A DNA stretch of 64,000 bases from Leptolyngbyaceae cyanobacterium clean351 (GTDB lineage: Bacteria > Cyanobacteriota > Cyanobacteriia > DAIDHW01), in NCBI GenBank assembly GCA_027451865.1, contig DAIDHW010000007.1, positions 18,050-82,049 on the forward strand. The letters are read 5' to 3'. Made by a program: the position numbers and the translations under genes. Within the stretch, counting starts at the first letter, position 1. Each line of letters starts with the position of its first letter. Shown piece after piece: positions 11,355-22,138 of the stretch. The notes beneath the pieces were generated by a model. It had not been told where the DNA came from. It searched no databases and was given only the letters and a program-made list of their open reading frames with translations.

Positions 11355-13064
11355 ATGGTAGCACTCACAGACCGGACTCAAAACAGGCTGACGCTGCAGA
11401 ATGCAGTCATCGGACCAGACACCCTGGCGATCCGCTCCCTGGACTGGGACCGAGACCGCTTTGATATTGAATTTGGGTTGAACAACGGCACCACCTACAA
11501 TTCCTTCTTGATCCGAGGGGAGAAAACTGCCCTCATCGATACTTCTCACCGGAAGTTTCAAGACCTGTACCTTGGCAATCTCACCCAGCGGCTAGACCCG
11601 TCACAGCTAGATTATCTGATCATCAGTCATACAGAACCTGACCACAGTGGTTTAGTTAAGGATGTGCTGGAGCTAGCCCCCCAGGTAGTGGTAGTGGGAT
11701 CTAAGGTGGCTCTGCAGTTTCTCGATGACTTAGTTCATCAACCCTTCGAGCGGCTGGTGGTCAAAAATGGTGACCGCCTAGACCTAGGAGCTGGGCATGA
11801 GTTGGAGTTTCTCATGGCTCCTAATCTCCACTGGCCCGATACCATCTTCACCTACGACCGGGGTACTGGCATCCTTTACACCTGTGATGCCTTCGGCATG
11901 CACTACTGTAACGATGACCTCCTAGACGAAGACGTAGCAGCCATCGAAGCAGACTTTCGCTACTACTACGATTGTCTGATGGGGCCAAATGCTCGCTCAG
12001 TGCTTTCGGCCATGAAGCGCATGGCAGAGCTGCCCCGGATTGACACCATTGCCACTGGCCATGGTCCCCTGCTCCACCACCATATTCCCCAACTGACCGG
12101 CTGGTATCGCCAGTGGAGCCAGGCTCAAACTAAGGGCGAAAAGTCAGTGGCGGTGTTTTACCTACCCGAGTACGGCCACGCCAAGGCCCTGGCCCTGGCT
12201 ATTGCCGAGGGGATTGAGAAGACGGGGGTGGTCGTAGATTTAGTAGATCTAGCCACGGTAGACCCTTCGGAGGTCCGCGAGATCACCGCTCACGCTGCCG
12301 GCCTGGTAATCGGCATGCCCTCCGCCAGCAGTGCCACGGTCCTGAGCACAATCTTGGCGGCTTGCCACAGCAAACAAGCCATAGGCCTGTTTGAGTCCGG
12401 GGGGGAGGAAGACGAGTTGGTTTATCCCCTGCGCAATCAGTTTCAAGCCCAGGGTCTCGTCGAGGCCTTTGCGCCGATTCTCCTGAAGGAAGCCCCCCGG
12501 TCGGCTACCTTCCAGCTATGCGAAGAGGCAGGCACCGACCTAGGCCAGTGGTTGACCCGGGACCGGACAGTCCAGATGATGAAGTCCCTCGATACGGACC
12601 TAGATAAGGCCCTAGGCCGTCTGAGCGGAGGACTTTACATCATCACTGCCACCCGGGGCAATCTCAGCAGTGCCATGGTAGCCTCCTGGGTGGCTCAGGC
12701 TAGCTTTGAACCGGTGGGTTTGAGTGTTGCCGTAGCTAAAGACCGGGCAATTGAATCCCTAATGCAGGTGGGGGATCACTTTGTCCTGAATGTGCTAGCA
12801 GAGGACAACTACCAAGGCCTAATGCGCCACTTCTTGAAGCGCTTCCCCCCGGGGGCCGACCGATTTGCCGGCGTCAAAACCCAATTGAGTGACAACGGCT
12901 CCCCGATTCTGACGGAAGCCCTCGCCTACCTGGAGTGCACTGTGGTCAGTCGTCTGGAAACTCCTGACCACTGGGTTGTCTACAGCAGCGTTCAAAATGG
13001 CCGCGTTTCCCAGCCCGACTCCCTTACCGCCGTCCATCATCGGAAGGTGGGGAACCACTACTAG
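11355..13064 (+). CDS. flv3: Flavodiiron protein Flv3-type (canonical diiron ligands)
   Basis: RSLDWDRDRFDIEFGL, SHTEPDH, HWPD, CDAFGMH; flavodoxin plus flavin-reductase domains ending HHRKVGNHY. Confidence 0.85.
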   Translation: MVALTDRTQNRLTLQNAVIGPDTLAIRSLDWDRDRFDIEFGLNNGTTYNSFLIRGEKTALIDTSHRKFQDLYLGNLTQRLDPSQLDYLIISHTEPDHSGLVKDVLELAPQVVVVGSKVALQFLDDLVHQPFERLVVKNGDRLDLGAGHELEFLMAPNLHWPDTIFTYDRGTGILYTCDAFGMHYCNDDLLDEDVAAIEADFRYYYDCLMGPNARSVLSAMKRMAELPRIDTIATGHGPLLHHHIPQLTGWYRQWSQAQTKGEKSVAVFYLPEYGHAKALALAIAEGIEKTGVVVDLVDLATVDPSEVREITAHAAGLVIGMPSASSATVLSTILAACHSKQAIGLFESGGEEDELVYPLRNQFQAQGLVEAFAPILLKEAPRSATFQLCEEAGTDLGQWLTRDRTVQMMKSLDTDLDKALGRLSGGLYIITATRGNLSSAMVASWVAQASFEPVGLSVAVAKDRAIESLMQVGDHFVLNVLAEDNYQGLMRHFLKRFPPGADRFAGVKTQLSDNGSPILTEALAYLECTVVSRLETPDHWVVYSSVQNGRVSQPDSLTAVHHRKVGNHY

Positions 13065-13076
13065 AGGCTCCGCCCT

Positions 13077-14798
13077 ATGAATGACCTCAAGCCTCGGGAT
13101 GTGCAGGTAGCCCAGATCGGTCCCGATACTCTGGTCCTGCGCTCCCGCACCTGGGACCGGCTGAAGTTTGAGATTGAATACTCCCTCCAGCGGGGTACTA
13201 CCGCCAACGCCTACCTGGTCCAGGGGGAAACCATCGCCTTGCTAGACCCCCCGGGCGAGTCTTTCCGGGATATTTTCATCGAAGAGCTGCAGCAGCACCT
13301 CCCCTGGCAAAAGCTCAGCTACCTGATTCTCAGTCACCTAAACGCCAATCGGCTCAACACCCTCAAAGCTCTCCGGGAATGGGCCCCTCACATTACCCTG
13401 GTGTGTACCAAGCCGGGAGCCCAGACCCTCCTAGCGGCCCTGCCAGAGTGTCAGGGGCAGGTACAGGTGGTGCGCACAGGTGACATCTTGGATTTAGGCC
13501 GAGGACATAGGCTAGAGTTTGTCAGTGCCCCCACTCCCCGCTGGCCTGATGGCCTGTGCACCTTCGACCAGGGCACTTCAATTCTCTACACCGATAAACT
13601 GTTTGGCGCCCACGTGTGCGGCGACTCGGTGCTAGATGAACAGTGGAAGCAACTAGATGAGGACCGACGCTTCTACTTTGATTGTCTCCACGCTGCCCAG
13701 ACCCGGCAGGTGGAAGGAGTCCTCGACAAGCTAGCCGCCCTGCCCTATCGGCTGTATGCCCCCGGGCACGGCCCGATGGTGCGCTTCAGCTGCAGTCGCC
13801 TGACCCTAGACTACCGTCAGTGGTGCGAGCGGCAAAAAACCAGCGGTCTCAAGGTGGCGCTTTTCTACACCTCCGCCTACGGCAACACGGCCATCCTGGC
13901 CCAGACCATAGCTCGTGGCCTAACTAAATCCGAAGTGCAGGTGGAGTTGGTCAACTGTGAACTGGGAGATGGGAGCGAAGTTGCCCCCCTGCTTGAACAG
14001 TGCGACGGCTTCCTGGTGGGGTCTCCCACCCTGGGGGGGCACGCCCCGGTACAGGTGCAAACCACCCTGGGGATCATTCTAGCTAACGCCTCTAAAACCA
14101 AACTCGCCGGGGTATTTGGCTCCTACGGTTGGAGTGGGGAAGCGGTGGACATGATCGAAGGTAAGCTACGGGATGCGGGGTTTACCTTTGGCTGTCCCTC
14201 CCTACGGGTGAAGTTTAGTCCCACCGAGGCAATCCTGCAGCAAGCAGAGGAGATGGGCACGGATTTCGCCCAGGCTCTACGCAAGAGCCGGCGGGTCCGC
14301 CAGGCCCGGCAAGCAGTCCCGGAAGCCCAGGTAGACCGCACTAACCAGGCCATGGGTCGGATCGTCGGCGCCCTGTGCGTGGTCACTGCCTGTCGGGGAG
14401 ATGCCAAGAGTGCCATGCTTGCCTCCTGGGTCTCCCAGGCTAGTTTCAACCCCCCTGGGTTGACCGTGGCGGTCGCCCGGGAACGAGCCATTGAATCCTT
14501 CACCCACGGGGGAGACAAATTCGTCTTAAATATCCTCCAGGAGGGCCGCAATCTGCGCCGTCACTTCCTCAAACCCTACGAGCCTGGAGAAGACCGGTTT
14601 GTCGGTCTTGAAACTGAGACTGCCGCCAACGGGGCCTACATCCTCAAGGACGCCCTGGCCTACCTGGAGTGCACTGTCCGGGACCGGATGGAGTGCGGTG
14701 ACCACTGGCTCGTCTACGCCTCAGTGGACCGGGGTCGGGTATTAAATCCGGCCGGAGTAACTGCGGTACACCACCGCAAGTCTGGCAGTCACTACTAA
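13077..14798 (+). CDS. flv1: Flavodiiron protein Flv1-type (non-canonical ligands)
   Basis: RSRTWDRLKFEIEY, SHLNANR, RWPD, TDKLFGAH, HHRKSGSHY. Confidence 0.85.
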   Translation: MNDLKPRDVQVAQIGPDTLVLRSRTWDRLKFEIEYSLQRGTTANAYLVQGETIALLDPPGESFRDIFIEELQQHLPWQKLSYLILSHLNANRLNTLKALREWAPHITLVCTKPGAQTLLAALPECQGQVQVVRTGDILDLGRGHRLEFVSAPTPRWPDGLCTFDQGTSILYTDKLFGAHVCGDSVLDEQWKQLDEDRRFYFDCLHAAQTRQVEGVLDKLAALPYRLYAPGHGPMVRFSCSRLTLDYRQWCERQKTSGLKVALFYTSAYGNTAILAQTIARGLTKSEVQVELVNCELGDGSEVAPLLEQCDGFLVGSPTLGGHAPVQVQTTLGIILANASKTKLAGVFGSYGWSGEAVDMIEGKLRDAGFTFGCPSLRVKFSPTEAILQQAEEMGTDFAQALRKSRRVRQARQAVPEAQVDRTNQAMGRIVGALCVVTACRGDAKSAMLASWVSQASFNPPGLTVAVARERAIESFTHGGDKFVLNILQEGRNLRRHFLKPYEPGEDRFVGLETETAANGAYILKDALAYLECTVRDRMECGDHWLVYASVDRGRVLNPAGVTAVHHRKSGSHY

Positions 14799-15562
14799 TG
14801 TCAGACCTGGAGCAGACCCTGGCCTACTCCCAAGCCCGACTCTGCTACCCCCAATCTCTAATCGACTAGGTGATCACCCGGGCCGGCCTTACCGCCGCCT
14901 TGCCCTTGCTAGAGGTGGGTTGCGGGCCGGCGGTAGCTACCCCAGCTTTTGCAGCCCTAGGAGGCCCCATGGTTTGCCTGGAGCCCAATCCCGACTTTTA
15001 CCGGCTGGCCCAAGCCTGCCTAGGCTCCTATCCCCGGGTCCAGCTCCTTAACTGTTCCTTTGAGGAGTGGGAGCTAGTCCCCCAGGGGTTTGCAGCTGTG
15101 GTAGCCGCCAGCTCCCTGCACTGGATCCGACCGGAGATTGCCTATTCTAAGGCCGCTGCCGCCTTGGCACGCCCCCACGGCCAACTGATTATGCTCTGGA
15201 ATAAGGAGCTGCAACCCCCCCCGGATCTCTACCAAGAGTTAGCTAGGATCCTGCCAAGGTACGACCTACCCCCGCGCCCCTACGAAGACCCCACCGCCCA
15301 GCTGGCAATCCTAGACCAGCTAGGTCAGAGGGCTATTAGTTCGGGATACTTCCGAGACCTGGTCTTGGGTCACCAGGAAGTAGTTGTTATCTACTCCCTG
15401 GACCGGTACCTAAATCTGATGTCTACCTACTCCCCCTATGAGCGGCTGCCAGGCCTCCAGTGGGAGAAACTGCGGACCGACTGGCGCTAAGTGCTGGAAA
15501 CCCAAGGGGATCAAGTTGAGCTCACCTACGTCTCGGCCTATCATCTGGCCAGGCTGGAGTAA
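14798..15562 (+). pseudogene. Class I SAM-dependent methyltransferase pseudogene with two in-frame stops
   Basis: ATG at 14798 is in frame with LEVGCG.A...LEPN; TAG at 14867 and TAA at 15488 interrupt a 255-codon frame ending ...LTYVSAYHLARLE*. Confidence 0.75.
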
Positions 15563-15568
15563 CACCCA

Positions 15569-16303
15569 GTGCGCTTTCTCGGAGTCGATCTAGGCTGGCG
15601 CACCGGCCCTAGTGGCCTATGCTGTCTGGCATGGCAGGGGAATGCCCTAGAGCTGGTGGTCCTAGACCGCCGGCTGGAGCTAGAGGCGGTATTGGCTTGG
15701 GTAGATGAGTGGGCCCTAGGGCCAGCCATGGTGGCTGTCGATGCTCCCACCCTAATCCCCAACCCCACCGGTATGCGGCTGCCAGACCGCCTGACCCACC
15801 GTTACTTTGGTGCCTACCACGCCGGTTGCTACCCAGCCAATCTCGGCCGGCCCTTTGCCGCCCGGACAGTGGCTCTGGGCAGGAGTCTAGAGGAGCGGGG
15901 CTTTGAGCACGCCCCGCAGATCGTTCCTCAGCAGCCGGGCCGCTACCAAATCGAAGTCTTTCCCCATCCCGCCCAGATCAATCTGTTTGGCCTAGAGCGG
16001 ATTTTAAAGTACAAAAAGGGGCCCCTAGCTGCCCGCCGTCGGGAATTGAACCGGCTGCGGGATTTACTCCTAGAACAGCTCCCCCACGCCCAACCACCCC
16101 TGAACCTGGAGTATCTAGACCCGGTCCCGGTCCCTGGGGCCGCCCTGAAAGCCCTTGAAGACCAACTGGATGCTGTGGTGTGCGCCTACGTAGCAGCCCA
16201 CTGGTGGTACTGGGGGCAAGCCAGGAATCTGGTGCTCGGAGACCGGGAAACCGGTTACATTGTCATCCCTGGGGGTTATCCTGGGGGAGGGACTCCCGTC
16301 TAG
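15569..16303 (+). CDS. DUF429 RNase H-like nuclease family protein
   Basis: FLGVDLGW, VAVDAP, IEVFPHPA, EDQLDAVVCA, GYIVIP. Confidence 0.8.
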   Translation: MRFLGVDLGWRTGPSGLCCLAWQGNALELVVLDRRLELEAVLAWVDEWALGPAMVAVDAPTLIPNPTGMRLPDRLTHRYFGAYHAGCYPANLGRPFAARTVALGRSLEERGFEHAPQIVPQQPGRYQIEVFPHPAQINLFGLERILKYKKGPLAARRRELNRLRDLLLEQLPHAQPPLNLEYLDPVPVPGAALKALEDQLDAVVCAYVAAHWWYWGQARNLVLGDRETGYIVIPGGYPGGGTPV

Positions 16304-16312
16304 AACCACTCC

Positions 16313-17791
16313 ATGAAGCTTGCCCAACTCCTCGCTGTCGTCCCCCACTTACCTTTCCCAGACCCAGAATTGTCGGGGTTGGAAATCACCGGCCTAGCGG
16401 TAGATTCACGTGCCTGCAAGCCCGGGGACTTGTTCTTGGGAATTCCGGGTCTGACTGTAGATGGAGGCGAGTTCTGGGCCCAGGCTCTTACCCAGGGGGC
16501 CTCAGCGGCATTAATTTCCCCCCAGGCTTACCAAAAGTGCCCCCCGGGGAGTCCCCGGGTGCTCGCTATCCCAGATGTAGGTGTTGCCACAGCCCGGATC
16601 GCGGCTTGTTTCTTCGGCTACCCGAGCGAGGCTCTGCAGCTGGTGGGGGTAACCGGCACCAACGGCAAGACTACCACCACTCACCTACTAGAATATTTCC
16701 TCAAGCAGCAAAACCAAGTGCCGGCTCTCCTGGGGACCCTCTACCAGCGCTGGCCAGGGTTTGAACAAGCTGCCCAGCACACCACCCCCTTTGCCACTCA
16801 ACTGCAGGACCAGCTGGCCCAAGCCCGCTCAGCCGGCTGCACCCACGGGGTGATGGAGGTTAGTTCCCATGCCCTAGCCCAGGACCGAGTCTTGGGCTGC
16901 CGGTTTGCTGTTGCAGTGTTTACAAACCTGACCCAGGACCACCTAGACTTTCATCAAACCATGGAAGCCTACTATGGTGCTAAGGCAAAGCTCTTTAGCC
17001 CCGAGTACCTGAGGGGAACTGGGGTAGTCAACGCCGATGACCCCTACGGACAGAGGCTTCTAGCCACCCTTGAGTCGGGGCTAACCTACAGTACCCAGCA
17101 GCCCGCCCACCTGTGGACTAGTCACCTGAGCTACAACGGGACCGGGGTGGAGGGACAGCTGCACACCCCCACAGGCACCTACTCTTTCACTTCGCCCCTA
17201 GTGGGGGGATACAACCTGGAGAACCTCCTAGGGGCCCTGGGGGCCTTAAGGGCCCTAGATCTGGATCTAGAGTCGGCCTTGGCCAGTCTCCCCGGGTTTC
17301 CCGGGGTGCCGGGACGCATGGAGCGGGTGCAGGTCAGCCCTGAGCAGGATCTGAGCGTGATTGTCGACTACGCCCACACCCCTGACGGCTTGGCAAACGT
17401 CCTCCGGGCTACCCGTCCCTTTGTCCAGGGCCGCCTAGTGTGTGTGTTTGGCTGTGGGGGAGACCGGGACCGGCGCAAAAGACCCCAAATGGGGGAGATC
17501 GCCGCTCAACTGGCTGACCGGGTAATCGTCACTGCTGATAATCCCCGCACTGAAGACCCTGGGCAAATATTTCAAGACATCCTTGCCGGCATGCCGGGGG
17601 GAACAACCCTCATCCCTGACCGAGCCCAAGCCATTGAAACGGCCATCTCAGAGGCCCAGCCCCGAGATGTGGTGCTCATTGCCGGCAAGGGCCACGAGGA
17701 CTACCAGATTCTGGGTCGGGAGAAATTCCCCTTTGATGACCGGCAGGAGGCCCGCCGCGCTCTGCTGAAAAGGTACGGGGGACGATGTTGA
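16313..17791 (+). CDS. murE: UDP-MurNAc-tripeptide (meso-DAP) ligase
   Basis: GVTGTNGKTT, MEVSSH, FTNLTQDHLDFH, VDYAHTPD, DNPR, AGKGHE. Confidence 0.95.
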   Translation: MKLAQLLAVVPHLPFPDPELSGLEITGLAVDSRACKPGDLFLGIPGLTVDGGEFWAQALTQGASAALISPQAYQKCPPGSPRVLAIPDVGVATARIAACFFGYPSEALQLVGVTGTNGKTTTTHLLEYFLKQQNQVPALLGTLYQRWPGFEQAAQHTTPFATQLQDQLAQARSAGCTHGVMEVSSHALAQDRVLGCRFAVAVFTNLTQDHLDFHQTMEAYYGAKAKLFSPEYLRGTGVVNADDPYGQRLLATLESGLTYSTQQPAHLWTSHLSYNGTGVEGQLHTPTGTYSFTSPLVGGYNLENLLGALGALRALDLDLESALASLPGFPGVPGRMERVQVSPEQDLSVIVDYAHTPDGLANVLRATRPFVQGRLVCVFGCGGDRDRRKRPQMGEIAAQLADRVIVTADNPRTEDPGQIFQDILAGMPGGTTLIPDRAQAIETAISEAQPRDVVLIAGKGHEDYQILGREKFPFDDRQEARRALLKRYGGRC

Positions 17792-17886
17792 CTCTAGCTG
17801 ACACCTAGTTTGCCCCTCGATCCGGCTGCCCAACTCAAGGTGCCCTCCTGCCCCTGATCCGACCAAGCCAAACCCAAGGTAATGCC

Positions 17887-18876
17887 ATGACAATTCGCGT
17901 AGAAGCAGTATCAAAACGCTTCGGCCACTTTCTCGCCCTAGACCAGGTGAGTTTAGACGTCAGCTCCGGGTCTCTAGTGGCCCTGCTAGGTCCCTCCGGG
18001 TCAGGAAAATCGACTCTATTGCGGGTGATTGCTGGTCTGGAAACCCCCGATGCTGGCCGAGTATGGTTGACCGGTGAGGAGGCAACCCAAAAGCGCGTTC
18101 AGGAGCGCCGGATTGGGTTTGTGTTTCAGCACTACGCCCTGTTTAAGCACATGCGAGTAGGAGAGAATATCGCCTTTGGTCTAGAGGTCCGGCGGGTGCC
18201 CCGGGCTGTTGTCAAGGAGCGAGTAGAGGCTCTTCTAGAACTGATCCAATTGCAAGGGTTTAAGGACCACTACCCAGCACAGTTATCCGGTGGCCAAAGA
18301 CAGCGGGTGGCTCTGGCTCGGGCCCTGGCAGTTGAGCCCCCAGTTCTATTATTGGATGAACCGTTTGGGGCCCTAGATGCCCACGTACGCAAAGAATTAC
18401 GGAGTTGGCTGCGGCGGCTGCACGACGAGGCGCACATGACCACGGTATTTGTCACCCATGACCAGGAGGAGGCCATGGAGGTAGCTGATGAGATCGTGGT
18501 CATGCGCCAGGGCCGCATCGAACAGACGGGCAGTCCCAAGGAAGTCTACGACCACCCCGTCAGCCCCTTTGTGATGAGCTTCCTTGGACCAGTCAATGTC
18601 CTCCAAAAGCCTGACAGCCAAGCTAGCCTCAACCGGATTTTCCTGCGGCCCCACGACCTGCTAGTCACCGACAATCCCCAACCCAATGCCATGGAAGCGC
18701 GAGTACGGCATATCAGTTTCCTAGGGTCGGAAGTGCACGTGGAAATTATCCTAGGGGATGGTCAGGTAGTTGAGGCCCATCTGCCAACAGCTCAGGCTCA
18801 GGGGTTGGCAGAGGGACAACGGGTGTATGTGCAGTACCGGTCAGCTAAAACCTTTCCCATGTACTATGAAATATAG
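17887..18876 (+). CDS. cysA: Sulfate/thiosulfate ABC transporter ATPase
   Basis: [29 protein letters not shown]-terminal TOBE domain. Confidence 0.9.
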   Translation: MTIRVEAVSKRFGHFLALDQVSLDVSSGSLVALLGPSGSGKSTLLRVIAGLETPDAGRVWLTGEEATQKRVQERRIGFVFQHYALFKHMRVGENIAFGLEVRRVPRAVVKERVEALLELIQLQGFKDHYPAQLSGGQRQRVALARALAVEPPVLLLDEPFGALDAHVRKELRSWLRRLHDEAHMTTVFVTHDQEEAMEVADEIVVMRQGRIEQTGSPKEVYDHPVSPFVMSFLGPVNVLQKPDSQASLNRIFLRPHDLLVTDNPQPNAMEARVRHISFLGSEVHVEIILGDGQVVEAHLPTAQAQGLAEGQRVYVQYRSAKTFPMYYEI

Positions 18877-18943
18877 GCTCTTTTAGGGGTTAGTTAAAAC
18901 GGGTTAGAATGGCCTAGTCAGTCTGACCCTTGCCTGAGAATCT

Positions 18944-20191
18944 ATGGGTGTTCCCCGGCCCCTCGCCAACTTTTCCATCTCTAATCCCTTCACCTTCACG
19001 ACCCAGTTAGGGGTTTGGATTCTCTTGGGTTTGGGGTGCGGGTTAGTGGCTTCGACCTACTGGTTAACCCTAGCCTGGTTGACAGACCAGGGGCGATTCC
19101 TGCAGGGCGCAGGGGTAGTGGCCCTCATGGGGGGAGCTGGTCTGGGAGTAGGCCTGCTAATTCACTGGCTAGGAGACCCGGGAGAGATCTCTCAACTGGT
19201 AGACGATGTGCATCTGCGGGGGGGGCGGATTGAAGCGCGGCGCAATCCCAACATGCTCATGACCTCCCTGCTGAGCATTGCTAGTGGCGGGAGCTTAGGT
19301 CCCGAGGCCCCGATGGTCCAATTAACTGGCTCCCTGGGGACCTGGTTAGCGGACCGGTTAGGTCTAGGGGGGGGGGAATTGCGCTGCCTAAGCTTAGCCG
19401 GCATGGCTGCTGGCTTTACTGCCCTGTTCGGAGCTCCCCTGGGAGGAGCCTTTTTTGCCCTAGAAATCCTGCACGACCAACACTTTCTCGAGTACTACCG
19501 AGCTGTGGTCCCTGCCCTCGTGGCCAGCTGCTCTAGCTACCTAGTATTTGTGCTCATTACCCACCTGGGCCTGGCCCCAGACTGGCATTTCCCCCAGTAC
19601 CACCTCCAGGGTATTGATGACATTCTGACGGCGATGCTGTATGGCGCTCTGGGAGCTGGAGCTGCCTGGGTCTTCATTACCTTGGTCAGTCTGGTCCGGC
19701 GCGCGGTGCCCAAAATTCCCGGGCCAGTCTACCTCCACACTACCCTAGCCGGTCTGGTTCTGGGGGTTCTGGGGGTAGTGTGGCCCTTGAGCCGCTACTT
19801 CGGGGATGCTCAACTTAATACTCTCCTGTCGGTGCAGCTGGGCATGTGGGGCTTACTGGGTTTGGCGGTAGTCAAGATGGTAGCAGTCAGTGTTACCATC
19901 GCTGGGGAGTGGCGGGGGGGTCTAATCATTCCTCTGTTCTTTATTGGCGCCTGCCTGGGCAAAGCCCTGACCCTCCCGGGAGTGGACCCGAGTTTGGCCA
20001 TGATTGCCACTATGGCAGCCCTGAATGCGGCGGTGACTAGGACTCCTATCAGTACCGGTATTCTTTTGGCCAAGCTGACTGGGGCTAGTCCTCTGACCCC
20101 GATTCTATTTGCCGGTTTAGTGGGTTTTTTCCTCTCCCCCCGGACTCCCTTCATTAAATCCCAATCTGATCATCCCTCCTGTCCTCTATGA
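18944..20191 (+). CDS. ClC-family chloride/fluoride channel-like protein
   Basis: GGSLGPEAP, GMAAGF.ALFGAPLGGA.FALE, GGLIIPLFFIGA. Confidence 0.85.
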   Translation: MGVPRPLANFSISNPFTFTTQLGVWILLGLGCGLVASTYWLTLAWLTDQGRFLQGAGVVALMGGAGLGVGLLIHWLGDPGEISQLVDDVHLRGGRIEARRNPNMLMTSLLSIASGGSLGPEAPMVQLTGSLGTWLADRLGLGGGELRCLSLAGMAAGFTALFGAPLGGAFFALEILHDQHFLEYYRAVVPALVASCSSYLVFVLITHLGLAPDWHFPQYHLQGIDDILTAMLYGALGAGAAWVFITLVSLVRRAVPKIPGPVYLHTTLAGLVLGVLGVVWPLSRYFGDAQLNTLLSVQLGMWGLLGLAVVKMVAVSVTIAGEWRGGLIIPLFFIGACLGKALTLPGVDPSLAMIATMAALNAAVTRTPISTGILLAKLTGASPLTPILFAGLVGFFLSPRTPFIKSQSDHPSCPL

Positions 20192-21702
20192 AACCCCTCG
20201 CCCTCCTGAGCGTATCGGATAAAACTGGCCTAATCGAACTGGCCCAGACCCTAGTTGGGGAATTTGGCTTTGACTTGATGAGCAGTGGGGGCACTGCCCA
20301 GGCCTTGCAGCGGGCTGGCCTACCGGTGACCAAAGTTTCTGACTATACCGGGTTCCCAGAGATTCTCGGTGGCCGGGTTAAAACTCTCCATCCACGCATC
20401 CACGGGGGAATTTTAGCCCGGACCGAGCTGGAGGAGGACCGACAGCAGTTGGCTCACCACCAGATTCGGGCAATTGAGCTAGTGGTAGTTAATCTCTACC
20501 CCTTCCAGGCCACAATTGCCCGCCCGGAAGTCACCCCCGAAGAGGCCATCGAGCAGATCGACATTGGTGGGCCTACCCTACTGCGGGGAGCAGCTAAAAA
20601 CCACGCCTCCGTCAGTGTATTGTGCGATCCAGGCCAGTACCCAACCTACCTAGAAGACCGCCGCCAGGGGACCATCACCCCGGAAAAGCGCCGGGCCTGG
20701 GCCCAGGCGGCCTTTGCCCACACCGCCGCCTACGATACAGCCATCGCCGCTTACCTTAGCCCTGAGCCCACCTTTAACCTCAAAGCCTCCCTAGTCCAGA
20801 CCCTCCGCTACGGGGAAAACCCCCACCAAGGGGCGGCCTGGTACCAGACCGGAGCTGCTCCTACGGGTTGGGCCAGGGCCACTAAGCTTCAAGGGAAGGA
20901 GCTTAGTTATAACAACCTAGTCGACCTGGAGGCAGCTCGAGAACTGATTGCTGACCTGCTAGACACGCCGGCGGCGGCAATTCTCAAGCACACTAACCCC
21001 TGTGGAGTGGCTTGCGGTTCAACCCTGGAGGAAGCCTACCAGCGGGCCCTGCGTGCTGATCCAGTGTCAGCCTTTGGTGGGGTGGTCGCTCTCAGTCGCC
21101 CCCTAGATGTAGCAACTGCCCAAGCCCTGGCACAGATATTCCTCGAATGCATTCTGGTGCCCGGCTGCGATCCGGCCGCCCAGGAGGTCCTGCAAGCTAA
21201 GTCCCGAGTGCGGCTCATGGTACTTTCGGACCTGGCTAGTGGTCCTGACAAGGGGATCAAGGCCGTTGCCGGGGGCCTATTAGTGCAGGATAGTAACATC
21301 GGGGGGGTAGAGCCCCAGGGCTGGCAGGTGGTGACCAAAGCCCAACCCACCCCCGCGGATCTAGGGGAGTTGGGGTTTGCCTGGCGGGTAGTTAAGCACG
21401 TTAAGTCTAATGCCATTGTGGTTACCCGTAGTCAATGCACCCTAGGGATTGGTGCTGGTCAAATGAACCGGGTCGGCTCCGTGGCCCTAGCCCTGCAGCA
21501 GGCGGGCCTGCAGGCTAACGGTGCCTATCTGGCCAGTGACGGCTTTTTCCCCTTTAGCGACTCAGTTCAGCTGGCAGCTCAGGCAGGTATTCGCGCCATC
21601 ATCCAGCCAGGCGGGAGTCTGCGGGACCAGGAATCCATCGAGGCGGCGGACAAGGAAGGGTTAATTATGGTCACAACTGGAGTCAGACACTTCTGGCATT
21701 GA
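20188..21702 (+). CDS. purH: Bifunctional AICAR transformylase/IMP cyclohydrolase
   Basis: ALLSVSDKTG, GGRVKTLHP, IDIGGP, LRYGENPHQ, KHTNPCG, ASDGFFPF. Confidence 0.96.
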   Translation: MKPLALLSVSDKTGLIELAQTLVGEFGFDLMSSGGTAQALQRAGLPVTKVSDYTGFPEILGGRVKTLHPRIHGGILARTELEEDRQQLAHHQIRAIELVVVNLYPFQATIARPEVTPEEAIEQIDIGGPTLLRGAAKNHASVSVLCDPGQYPTYLEDRRQGTITPEKRRAWAQAAFAHTAAYDTAIAAYLSPEPTFNLKASLVQTLRYGENPHQGAAWYQTGAAPTGWARATKLQGKELSYNNLVDLEAARELIADLLDTPAAAILKHTNPCGVACGSTLEEAYQRALRADPVSAFGGVVALSRPLDVATAQALAQIFLECILVPGCDPAAQEVLQAKSRVRLMVLSDLASGPDKGIKAVAGGLLVQDSNIGGVEPQGWQVVTKAQPTPADLGELGFAWRVVKHVKSNAIVVTRSQCTLGIGAGQMNRVGSVALALQQAGLQANGAYLASDGFFPFSDSVQLAAQAGIRAIIQPGGSLRDQESIEAADKEGLIMVTTGVRHFWH

Positions 21703-21709
21703 GGAGATC

Positions 21710-22138
21710 TTAGAACGGGGGTGGGGGAGGGCTCACCTGAAATCCGTCGCAGGCGACTATGCCCTGGGGCGTACGCCATAGTACGGTGTAGCGGCCGGGG
21801 GTAGTCGGCTGACCTCCGAGGAAGTCTCGGGGGTATACCAGATAGTTAAAGCTGCCGCCGTTAAAGACAAAGTGGCTAGAGCTAACCTGGCCTCTAGGAG
21901 AGATCACCTGGACCTCCAGGGAGGCGACCGGGGAATGGGGTGGCTTAGTAAGTCCGAGCAACACTAGATCCCCCGGGTACAGGGAAAAGCGGGGAGCGGA
22001 GCTCGTCCAACCAGGACCCCCAACTAGGGCTGGGGGCGGGAGGCAGGCGTAGGTGTTAAAGTCAAACCGCGGGGGGGGAGTGCTCGGGGGTGTTAGAGCG
22101 ACCACCAGACCTAAAAGACCCAAGACGGGAGAGTTCAT
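21710..22138 (-). CDS. Hypothetical exported protein
   Basis: Signal-like N-terminus, Ig-like TPGRYTVLW motif; overlaps the cbbY-like stop by 4 nt. Confidence 0.55.
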   Translation of the reverse strand: MNSPVLGLLGLVVALTPPSTPPPRFDFNTYACLPPPALVGGPGWTSSAPRFSLYPGDLVLLGLTKPPHSPVASLEVQVISPRGQVSSSHFVFNGGSFNYLVYPRDFLGGQPTTPGRYTVLWRTPQGIVACDGFQVSPPPPPF

